DNA of 64,000 bases from Polyangiaceae bacterium (GTDB lineage Bacteria > Myxococcota_A > Polyangia > Polyangiales > Polyangiaceae), in assembly GCA_044376115.1 (NCBI GenBank), contig JBILLK010000023.1, positions 96,001 to 160,000 on the forward strand, in the 5' to 3' direction. Every line of letters begins with the position of its first letter. Position 1 is the stretch's first letter. The notes beneath the pieces were generated by a model, which was not told where the DNA came from, ran no database searches, and saw only the letters and a program-made list of their open reading frames with translations. Shown one piece after another: positions 29,301 through 37,683 of this stretch. The translations under genes and the position numbers were made by a program.

Positions 29301-30566
29301 ATGAAGACCGAAACCAAAGTAGTCGGAGCGGTAGTTCTTCTCGCCGGCCTCGGTGGGTTGCTTTTCTACCGCAACAACGAAACCAAGGCTGAGCGTGAAG
29401 CTCGATCGCAGACGGCCACCAAGGAGAACCTTCCCAGCATCACGCTGACGCCCGAGCAGACCGATCGCATCACCAAGCTCGAGTTCAAACCGTCGGGGAA
29501 AGACAAAGACGGCAAAGACAAAGAGAAGATCGTCCTCGAGAAAAAAGGGGACAATTGGGAGCTCGTCGGGGTTGGCGCCAAAGTGGCCAGCACCGAGATC
29601 AAGAGCCTGCTCGACGGGCTGAAGGCGTTGAAGGTCAAAGACACGATCGACCGCGGCACCGCCGCGTACGATCAATACGAGGTCGCCGACGGTAAGGGCA
29701 TCGCCTTTACCGCCTCAGCGGGCTCGGAGGTCTTGCTCAACGTGGTCTTCGGTTCGAGCGGCTCGCGCGGACAGACCGTGCGCGTCGTGGGCAAAGACGG
29801 CGTGTACGTCGCAGACGGCTACCCCTCGGCACAAATGTCGAAGGACGCCAACGGCTGGCGCGACAAGTCGATCCTCAAGTTCGAAGACGCCAACGTGGCC
29901 TCGGTCTCGATCGAGAACGCGTACGGCAGCTACGCCTTCACCAAGAGCGGCGACAACTGGGCCGGCACCTTCACCAAGAATCCCAACGCCCCGGTCGAAA
30001 AGACCGAGGAAAAGAAGGATGACGGCAAGAAGGACGAAAAGGCCGACAAGAAAGACGACGCCAAGAAAGAAGACGCCAAGAAGTCCGACAAGAAGGACGA
30101 CGCCAAAAAGTCCGACAAGAAGGACGACGCCAAGAAGGAAGACAAGGCTGAGCCTGCAAAGGACCCTTCCAAGTCGGGCTCCGGCTGGGAGAAGTTCGAC
30201 GGCAAAAAGGTCGAGAACCTCTTGCGTGCTTTCAAGGCGCTCAACGCGACCGACTTCGCCTCTGCCTCAGACACGGACACTGGCGTTACCAACGCAGCCA
30301 AAGAGGGCGGCCTTATCACGATCGTGATGAAGGACGGCACCAGCATCAAATTGATGGTGGGCAAGAAGCAGAAGGGCTCGAACCGCTTCGCGAAGAAGGA
30401 CGGCGACGAGACGGTGTTCGTGATCTCGTCTTGGGCCGGAGATTGGGCTGCCGGCGAGCCCAAGAAGTTCGAGAAGGACGAGAAGAAAGAGGGCGGCGAC
30501 GCCGACCCGCACGGTGGTGCCCACGGTGCAGAGGGCATGGATTTCGATCTCGAAGGAATGGAGTAA
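29301..30566 (+). CDS. DUF4340-like protein
   Basis: N-terminal TM, WRDKSIL, two similar domains; usual fourth gene of GldAFG-like operons. ATG at 29301. Confidence 0.8.
   Translation: MKTETKVVGAVVLLAGLGGLLFYRNNETKAEREARSQTATKENLPSITLTPEQTDRITKLEFKPSGKDKDGKDKEKIVLEKKGDNWELVGVGAKVASTEIKSLLDGLKALKVKDTIDRGTAAYDQYEVADGKGIAFTASAGSEVLLNVVFGSSGSRGQTVRVVGKDGVYVADGYPSAQMSKDANGWRDKSILKFEDANVASVSIENAYGSYAFTKSGDNWAGTFTKNPNAPVEKTEEKKDDGKKDEKADKKDDAKKEDAKKSDKKDDAKKSDKKDDAKKEDKAEPAKDPSKSGSGWEKFDGKKVENLLRAFKALNATDFASASDTDTGVTNAAKEGGLITIVMKDGTSIKLMVGKKQKGSNRFAKKDGDETVFVISSWAGDWAAGEPKKFEKDEKKEGGDADPHGGAHGAEGMDFDLEGME
30072..30137 (+). repeat. 27-bp coding tandem repeat, about 2.4 copies (DAKKSDKKD)
   Basis: GACGCCAAGAAGTCCGACAAGAAGGAC repeated. 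Confidence 0.85.
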
Positions 30567-30572
30567 AGCAAC

Positions 30573-33032
30573 GTGAAAGCCTCGTACCGTTGGCTCTGTG
30601 AGCTGCTTGGGCCCGCCTTTACGGCTTCTCCCAAGGAGGTCGCTGAACGATTCACCGGTGCGGGGCTCGAGGTCGAGGCGGTCACGAGCTTCGGCGTGGC
30701 CGCCAAGAGCGCGCTGGTCGCTGAGGTGGTGGCCAAACGAGCCCACCCCTCACGACCGAAGTTGACGCTGGTTACGATCAGCACGGGCGCTGCGAGCGAG
30801 GAGATCGTTTGCGGCGCGCCCAACGTGCCGGAGCCGGGGGCGCGCGTCGTGTTTGCGCCCGTCGGTACGCACCTGCCCGCCAAGGGCCTCACGCTCGAGC
30901 CGAAGGAGATCGCCGGGGTCGAGAGCCGCGGCATGCTCTGCAGCGAAGCGGAGCTCGGGCTGCGTCTGAGTGGGGGCGACGGCGGCATCATCGTGCTGCC
31001 CGCAGACCTCAAGGCGGAGCTTGGGACTCCCCTCGCCCAAGCCGTCCCGGAGTCGTGCGACGAAATTTTTGAGATCGGCCTCACGCCGAATCGGCCCGAC
31101 GGCCTCGGTCACGTGGGCCTCGCGCGCGAGCTCGCTGCGCTGATGAACCTGCCTTTCACGCTGCGCGAGGCGGTGCCGGCGCGAGTGGACCCAGCGCTGG
31201 CGGTGGAGTCACAGCTGAGCGTGCGCATCGAGGAGGAAGAGCGATGCCCGATCTACGGCGCGCATTTCGTCAAGGACGTGAAGATCGGCCCTTCGCCGCT
31301 TGGTGTTCAATACAGGCTCGAGGCGCTCGGAGTACGGGCGATCTCCAACGCCGTGGACGTCACCAACCTGGTGATGCTCAAGTACGGCCACCCGATTCAC
31401 GGCTTTGATCCGCAGCAGGTCCGCGGCGGAACCATCGTGGTGCGCTGCGCGAAGCCGGGCGAGTCGATGGTTACGCTCGACGGCATCAAGCGTGAGCTCG
31501 TCGCCGACGACCTGCTGATCTGCGACGGTGAAGGGCCGGTCGCTTTGGCCGGCGTGATGGGCGGAGAGGCCAGCGGCGTGAGCCCAACCACCAGCGGCCT
31601 GTTGATCGAATGCGCGTACTTCAGCACGCGCGGCGTCCGGCGCAGCGCGCGCCGTCATGGCATGCACACCGAATCGAGCCATCGTTTTGAGCGCGGGGTG
31701 GACCCGAGCGACGTCGCCCTGGTGTTGGCCGAGGCAGCAGCGCTCACCGTCGAGCTTTGTGGTGGCACGGCGGCGGCCAGCGCGCTGCGCGTCGGGCCCG
31801 GCGTCGCGGCTCCCAAGCCGATTCGGCTGCGCCCCGCGCGCGCGACCAGCCTGCTTGGCCTGGCGATCCCGCAGGCTGAGATGGTATCGATCTTGGTGCG
31901 GCTCGGTTGCACCGAGGTTCCTTCGAGTGAGCCGGAAAGCGTGAGCTTCGTGCCGCCTGGGCATCGCCCGGATCTCACGATCGAGGAGGATCTGATCGAG
32001 GAGATCGTCCGCGTGTACGGGGTTGATCGCGTGCCCTCGGTGTTGCCGGCGATTCGTCCGGCGGTGGGCACGAGCCACGCGCGCAAAGCGAACATCCTCA
32101 GCCAAACGGTGGATGCAGCAGCGAGCGTCGGCCTCGCGCAGGCGCTCACCTTCGGCTTTACCTCCAAGAAGCAGCTGGAGGTGCTCGGGCTTGGAGCGAG
32201 CACGCTCTCGCTGATGAACCCGCTGACCGATGATCGCACCGAGATGCGCACCTCGCTCTTGCCCGGCCTTTTCGACGCTGCCAAGCGCGCTCGTCGTTAC
32301 GGCGTATTCGACCTGCGCCTCTTCTGCGTGGGCGCGCGCTTCTTGCCGCAAGCCGATGCGCCGCTTCCGCGTGAAGCACGCTCCTTCGCTGCGGTGATCG
32401 GCGGACAACGAGACGCTGTGCTGCAAAAGGCCGAGCCCTGCGACATCTTCGACGCGAAGGGCCTGGCGCTGGAGATCGTCGCGCGCGCGACAGGCCAGCG
32501 CGCCCAGATTCGTCCGACCAAGGACGCGGATCGGCCGCGTTATTCGCACCCACGAGCCGCAGGAGACGTGCTGGTCGGCGAGCGTGTGATCGGTCGCATC
32601 GGCCTCGTGCATCCGCTGGTCGAGCGCGACCTCGAGCTCGACGGCAACCTGTTCTTCATCGAGCTGGACCTCGAGACGCTGGAGGAGCTTGGCTCGCCGG
32701 TGCCGAAGTTCCAGCCGATCCCGACGTTGCCAGCCTCCACGCGCGATCTGGCCTTCACGGTGGAAGAGAGCGTGGCTTCGGGCGACATCGAGCAGGCCAT
32801 CCTGCAGACGGCCGGCGAGCTCGCTGAGTCGGTCGCGCTCTTCGATCTGTTCCGCGGTGGCAACATCCCTAAGTCGCACAAGTCGCTGGCCTATCGCATC
32901 GTCTACCGCGATCCCAACGCGCGCTTCGCGCCGGAGAAGGCTCGTACGTTGACCGACGCTGAAGTCGACGCGCGCCAGGCCGCCGTTGAAGCCGCGCTCA
33001 AGCAGCAGTTCGGCGCCGAACTTCGAGCCTGA
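30573..33032 (+). CDS. pheT: Phenylalanine-tRNA ligase beta subunit
   Basis: IVCGAPNV, SRGMLCS, LTPNRPD, RFERGVD, RPDLTIEEDLIEEIVR, MRTSLLPGL, C-terminal RDLAF...RTLTD. Confidence 0.97.
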   Translation: MKASYRWLCELLGPAFTASPKEVAERFTGAGLEVEAVTSFGVAAKSALVAEVVAKRAHPSRPKLTLVTISTGAASEEIVCGAPNVPEPGARVVFAPVGTHLPAKGLTLEPKEIAGVESRGMLCSEAELGLRLSGGDGGIIVLPADLKAELGTPLAQAVPESCDEIFEIGLTPNRPDGLGHVGLARELAALMNLPFTLREAVPARVDPALAVESQLSVRIEEEERCPIYGAHFVKDVKIGPSPLGVQYRLEALGVRAISNAVDVTNLVMLKYGHPIHGFDPQQVRGGTIVVRCAKPGESMVTLDGIKRELVADDLLICDGEGPVALAGVMGGEASGVSPTTSGLLIECAYFSTRGVRRSARRHGMHTESSHRFERGVDPSDVALVLAEAAALTVELCGGTAAASALRVGPGVAAPKPIRLRPARATSLLGLAIPQAEMVSILVRLGCTEVPSSEPESVSFVPPGHRPDLTIEEDLIEEIVRVYGVDRVPSVLPAIRPAVGTSHARKANILSQTVDAAASVGLAQALTFGFTSKKQLEVLGLGASTLSLMNPLTDDRTEMRTSLLPGLFDAAKRARRYGVFDLRLFCVGARFLPQADAPLPREARSFAAVIGGQRDAVLQKAEPCDIFDAKGLALEIVARATGQRAQIRPTKDADRPRYSHPRAAGDVLVGERVIGRIGLVHPLVERDLELDGNLFFIELDLETLEELGSPVPKFQPIPTLPASTRDLAFTVEESVASGDIEQAILQTAGELAESVALFDLFRGGNIPKSHKSLAYRIVYRDPNARFAPEKARTLTDAEVDARQAAVEAALKQQFGAELRA

Positions 33033-33038
33033 GCTACC

Positions 33039-33521
33039 GTGCAAAAGCGCGTCTCGCTGCCTCTGCTCGACCAAGCGATCGAGGCCCACGCAGCGGCGAC
33101 GCGCGCTGCCCATCCGAGCTGGCCGTGCGCGGCCGGCTGTGACCTTTGTTGTCGCTCGCTGCCGTTCTTACCCACCATCAGCGAGCCCGAATGGCAGCGG
33201 CTCGCTGAGGCGCTGAGCCAATTGCCGCTGGAGCAACAGGCCGAGATCCGTGAGCGCACAGCAGCAGCGCCCGAACGCGGTCCCCTCACCTGCCCCATGC
33301 TCGCGCTCGAGAGCGGACAATGCCGCGTGTACGAAGCTCGACCGATCGCTTGCCGCAGCTACGGCTTCTACACCGAACGCGACGCAGGCCTGCATTGCGA
33401 GCGCGTGACAGAGGCGATCGCGCCGTTCGCCGATGAGGTGGTCTGGGGCAACGGCGAAGCGATCGCTCGTACGTTGCGAGAGGCTGGGGAGCCCGTTTCG
33501 CTGCGTGTGTGGATGCGTTAA
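33039..33521 (+). CDS. YkgJ-family cysteine-cluster protein
   Basis: CAAGCDLCC, CPML, CRVYEARPIACR. Confidence 0.88.
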   Translation: MQKRVSLPLLDQAIEAHAAATRAAHPSWPCAAGCDLCCRSLPFLPTISEPEWQRLAEALSQLPLEQQAEIRERTAAAPERGPLTCPMLALESGQCRVYEARPIACRSYGFYTERDAGLHCERVTEAIAPFADEVVWGNGEAIARTLREAGEPVSLRVWMR

Positions 33522-33572
33522 GCACGGCTCACGGCGGTTGCCACCTAGCGCATGCAGTGCCATGCAACCCGC

Positions 33573-34628
33573 ATGAAGCGTCTCGGAGTTTGTGCCTTCG
33601 TTCTTGCGTTCTCTGCCTGCCACACCGAGTCGCCGGTAGCGCCGCGGCCGGAGAGCAGCGCCCCCGTCGTTGCGAGTGCCAGCGCGCCCGCAACCTCCAC
33701 CGGGGTGGCGCCAAGCGCCAGCGCGTCGGCTTCGGCGGCTGTGCCGGCCGCGAGCTCGGCGGTCACGCAAGCTGCACCGCCGGTTGACCTCGCGCTCGGC
33801 GGACGCCTCTACGACAGCTTCTTTCGCGATGGCTCGCACGCAGCGGGCTTCGAGCCGGACGCCTCGAGCACCAAAGGCAAAGCAGACGGCAAGGGTGGCC
33901 CGCGCAAAGACGGCAGCTTGCTGAACAAGGACGGCACGCCGCTGCTCAACGACGCAGGCCACGACTACCGCTTGAAGAACTTCTTTGGCTGGGATTTGCG
34001 CGGGGAGAGCGGCATCTACGGCGCTGGCTACATGAAGAAGGGCTACGTGCTCAAGGTGGACCTGCTCGCGGGTCGCGAGTCGGCCAAGGAGCTCGCCTCG
34101 TGGCTGAAGAACGGCACCGCGGAGGTGCCTGCCTACGGCTCGGTGATGGATGATGCTTCGCTCGCCGCCGTGGCTGAGTTCATCGTCGCGGTGCGAGAAC
34201 GCAAGCTGGTGCACCCGGCCGACGTGTTCGATCTCAAGGCTGGTTCACCCGGCAACTACTCGCTGCGCTCCGGTGGCAACGCCGCTCGCGGCAAGGAACT
34301 CTATGGGCAGCGCTGTGCAGGCTGTCACGGCAATGATGGCACCAAGCTCTTGTTCGACGGTGGCGAGTTCTCGCTCGGCAGCCACGCGCGCCAGAAGGCC
34401 TACGAAGACTGGCTCAAGATCATGAACGGCCAACCGGGGACGGGCACCGGCAAATGGACGTACATCGGGACGATGGGCCCGCAACTCAAAGGCAGCGGCG
34501 CCGAGATGACGCGCGAGTTGCTCGATCTGTTCGCGGCGCTCTGTGATCGCGCAGCCTTCCCCAAGGGTGCAGCCAAAGGCAAAGACGTAGACAACGGCGA
34601 TGCACGTTGTCGCGACTATTTGCGCTGA
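33573..34628 (+). CDS. c-type cytochrome lipoprotein (one CxxCH)
   Basis: Lipobox FSAC; RGKELYGQRCAGCHG; downstream Met (GTMGP). Confidence 0.85.
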   Translation: MKRLGVCAFVLAFSACHTESPVAPRPESSAPVVASASAPATSTGVAPSASASASAAVPAASSAVTQAAPPVDLALGGRLYDSFFRDGSHAAGFEPDASSTKGKADGKGGPRKDGSLLNKDGTPLLNDAGHDYRLKNFFGWDLRGESGIYGAGYMKKGYVLKVDLLAGRESAKELASWLKNGTAEVPAYGSVMDDASLAAVAEFIVAVRERKLVHPADVFDLKAGSPGNYSLRSGGNAARGKELYGQRCAGCHGNDGTKLLFDGGEFSLGSHARQKAYEDWLKIMNGQPGTGTGKWTYIGTMGPQLKGSGAEMTRELLDLFAALCDRAAFPKGAAKGKDVDNGDARCRDYLR

Positions 34629-34635
34629 GCCGAGC

Positions 34636-36249
34636 TCACGAGACGCGTGGCGCTTGCAAGGCGCCGAGCGTCGCGAGCAAACGTTGCTGGCCAAACGGCT
34701 TCTGCAGGAAGGCCACCCCCAAGCTCTCCACCTCGGCGAGCACGCCATCGCCTTCGATGAAGCCGGAGCACACCAAGTTCCGACCGCTCGCGTTGCGTTC
34801 ACGAAAGCGCCGAATCACCGCGGAGGAATCGCCATCGGGTAGCTTTGCATCGGCGATCAACAGGTCGAAGTTGGCGCCTTCGATCACGGCGAGCGCCTCG
34901 GCGTTGCTCGTGCTGGGGGTCACGCTGAAACCCTCGCGTTCGAGGATGCGCAGTAGGACCTTGAGGATCGACGGGTCATCCTCGAGCACCATCACCGACT
35001 TGAGCGCGGCCGCCTCCCGCGGAGAAGCCGACTCCGCCATAGCGCGAGCAGGCAGCTTCAAGCGCCAGACAGTATCGCCCTCGGCGGTCTCGAATTCTCC
35101 CTCGGCCGAACGCAGCAACTGGTCGAACTGAGGCGTCAACACCTGCGGAGCCGACGTTACGCCGACGAACTCGATCTCCACCGGGCGAGCCAATTCGGGC
35201 CGGTGTCGCAGACGCACCGAAAGCGCTCGCCCGCCGACTTGATCGCGCGCCGCCAAACAAAGCTCGAGCAACATTCGCTGGAGAGCGCCGCTCGTGACGG
35301 TCACCGGGGGCGTGTCGACGAGCTCCAGCTGCAAGGCTGGGCCATCCTCGAACACGTGCTGCAAGTTGTTGGTCAGCTGGGTCAGCGCCTCGGCGGGCGT
35401 AGCCTGGCCAACGGGATTGGAGCCTTGGTGCGCAAAGGCGAGCAGCTGCTGGCCCGTCTGTTTGGCGCGCCCCACGGCTTGCTCGATCTCGCGCAATAGC
35501 TCGCTACGCTCGCTGTCGCTGACCGACCCGCGCAGCAGGTCGACGCAGCCGATCACACTCATGAAGTGGTTATTGAACTCGTGGGCGGCGTGGCCAGCCA
35601 AACGGCCGAGGACCTCGAGCCGCGAGCTGGCCGCCACGATCGCGTGAGCACGATCGGCTTCGGCATGGGCCTCGCGTTCACGCAGGCGAGCCTGCTCCTC
35701 GCGCTCGAGCGCAGCTTGTTGCACCGCCAACAATTGGTGAAAAAAAATCAGGCTCCCCAAGCTGCAAATGAGCCCCAACGTGAGACTCATGCGCAGCCAG
35801 CCGAGCAGGCCGTCCGCCACGTTGGGCCAGGGCGGAGCGAGCCAACCGCGTTCGATCAACAGGCCAACGGTGATCGGCGTCAACATCGCTACAGCGACCC
35901 CGAGCACCGCGCGCTCGAGGAAGAAGACCACCGCCAAGGACCACGCCAAGAGCAGCGCCCCGGTGCCCAGCAGCGGGCCAAACTGCAGCAAGGCGCCAAG
36001 ACAGACAATCAGGCTAAGTACTAGGAAGACCTGCCCCCCGAGCCGTGGATGCCGCTCCCGGTCCCACCACAAGAAAGCCGTTACCGCCGACATCGCAAAA
36101 AGCTCCACGGCGGCTCCGGTCACACGCTGCGAGGTCAGCCAGCGATGAAGCGTAAGCACCACCATGAGCGGCACCCCGCCGAACAGGCCCAAGCGTCGAC
36201 AACCGGCCAGCACGCGACGCCGTGCTTGATCGATTGCCCTGTCCGACAT
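34636..36249 (-). CDS. Membrane hybrid sensor kinase-like protein (HisKA + degenerate ATPase + receiver)
   Basis: Several TMs, H-box LAGHAAHEFNN, receiver (EDD, LIAD, CSGF, KPF); no recognisable N/G1/G2 boxes. Confidence 0.8.
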   Translation of the reverse strand: MSDRAIDQARRRVLAGCRRLGLFGGVPLMVVLTLHRWLTSQRVTGAAVELFAMSAVTAFLWWDRERHPRLGGQVFLVLSLIVCLGALLQFGPLLGTGALLLAWSLAVVFFLERAVLGVAVAMLTPITVGLLIERGWLAPPWPNVADGLLGWLRMSLTLGLICSLGSLIFFHQLLAVQQAALEREEQARLREREAHAEADRAHAIVAASSRLEVLGRLAGHAAHEFNNHFMSVIGCVDLLRGSVSDSERSELLREIEQAVGRAKQTGQQLLAFAHQGSNPVGQATPAEALTQLTNNLQHVFEDGPALQLELVDTPPVTVTSGALQRMLLELCLAARDQVGGRALSVRLRHRPELARPVEIEFVGVTSAPQVLTPQFDQLLRSAEGEFETAEGDTVWRLKLPARAMAESASPREAAALKSVMVLEDDPSILKVLLRILEREGFSVTPSTSNAEALAVIEGANFDLLIADAKLPDGDSSAVIRRFRERNASGRNLVCSGFIEGDGVLAEVESLGVAFLQKPFGQQRLLATLGALQAPRVS

Positions 36250-36453
36250 TGGGGCAGCGTGTCATTCGCAGAAAAATTGGGCCAGCTTTCGGCCAGCGAG
36301 CGGGAGAGTCTGCCAGCGGCCCGGATGACTGGCCCGGCCGAGGCGCACGCGCCACGGCAAGGCGGCCGCGCCTCGCTGGCTGGACAACGCGTTTGCGGAT
36401 CTGCGCGTCTTCGGCCACAAAACGGCAGGCACGCGAGCTGCTAATGGCCGCCC

Positions 36454-37653
36454 ATGCGCGCGAACTCTTGCGGAGTCCTCCTGGTCTTTACGCTTGCCGC
36501 AGCCTGCGGCGATGACGGCACTTCATCGGGCGGGAGCGCCTCGGGTGGAGGCGGAGCTGCGAGCGGCGGTGCCGCGGCCGGCGGAGGCGAGACCGGTGGG
36601 GGCGTAGCCAGTGGCGGCGCCGCCTCGGGGGGCGGCGATGCGGGTGGAACCGCGCAAGGTGGTCAAGGCGGGGAAGGCGGCGGTGCGATGGGTGCGTGGC
36701 AGCCGCCCTCGTACGACGGCTACTTCGTCGATTTGGAGCTACCGACACCCAGCCAGCCGAGCGCTGGCGTCAGCTTCTACGAAAACATCGCCTACGGCGA
36801 CGATGCGGCGATGCGCTTCGATCTCTTCCAACCGGCGAGCGCAACAGCAACGCCGCTCATCATCTTCATCCACGGCGGCGGGTTCACCGGCGGCAACAAG
36901 ACCTCTGGCTACGACTCTGCGGGCGATCAAGCGAAGCTCGCGAACGCGCTTGAAGCCGGCATCGCCTACGCCAGCATCAACTACCGCCTGCTCGATGAGG
37001 TGGACTCCGAGGGCGTCTACAAATCGCTCTCCGACTCGCGCCGCGCGTTGCAGTTCATCCGCTATCACGCCGCCGAGCTCAACATCGATCCGGAGCGCAT
37101 CGCGCTGCGCGGGAGCTCCGCAGGCGCTGGCACCGGCCTCTGGCTCGCCTTCCACGATGACATGGCCGGGGGTGACGACGTCGTCGCCAACGAATCGACG
37201 CGAGTGGCCGGGGTAGCAATCAGCGCAACCCAATCCACCTACGACCTCGTCAAGTGGTCGACCGTCGTGTTCGCCGACTACGGCATCGACCTGATGACCT
37301 CGGTCGCGGCGCTCGAAATGGAACAGCGGCTCGCTTCGTTCTACGGCCTGCCAACGATCAGCGACCTCGAGGGCCAGCTCGAGTCACCGGCGATCAGCGA
37401 ATACCGTCACGAGGTCGACATGCTCGATTGGATGAGCCCCGACGATCCGCCGTTTTACGTCAGCAACCCCCTCGCCGAAACGATTCCCACCTCGCAGAAC
37501 GAGCTCTTCCATCATCCGTACCACGCGCGCGCCTTACGCGAGCGTGCGGCCCAAGTAGGTGTCGCCTGTAGCGCCGAGATCCAGGCGCTGGACATCGATG
37601 ATGCGCCCGGAGTCAACGATTGGGAGTTCGTGATTGAGCTGCTCAGCCAGTAG
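36454..37653 (+). CDS. Carboxylesterase-like alpha/beta hydrolase lipoprotein
   Basis: Lipobox AAAC, Gly linker, HGGGF, INYRL, GSSAG. Confidence 0.85.
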   Translation: MRANSCGVLLVFTLAAACGDDGTSSGGSASGGGGAASGGAAAGGGETGGGVASGGAASGGGDAGGTAQGGQGGEGGGAMGAWQPPSYDGYFVDLELPTPSQPSAGVSFYENIAYGDDAAMRFDLFQPASATATPLIIFIHGGGFTGGNKTSGYDSAGDQAKLANALEAGIAYASINYRLLDEVDSEGVYKSLSDSRRALQFIRYHAAELNIDPERIALRGSSAGAGTGLWLAFHDDMAGGDDVVANESTRVAGVAISATQSTYDLVKWSTVVFADYGIDLMTSVAALEMEQRLASFYGLPTISDLEGQLESPAISEYRHEVDMLDWMSPDDPPFYVSNPLAETIPTSQNELFHHPYHARALRERAAQVGVACSAEIQALDIDDAPGVNDWEFVIELLSQ

Positions 37654-37683
37654 CCGGTAGCGCGCCTCGGGTATGCTCGCCGC

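Noticed and set aside
36426..36442. sigma54-like CAGGCACGCGAGCTGCT (GG-N10-GC) upstream of the esterase
   Set aside because: Two mismatches to consensus in GC-rich DNA, and it would leave essentially no leader; too weak to call.
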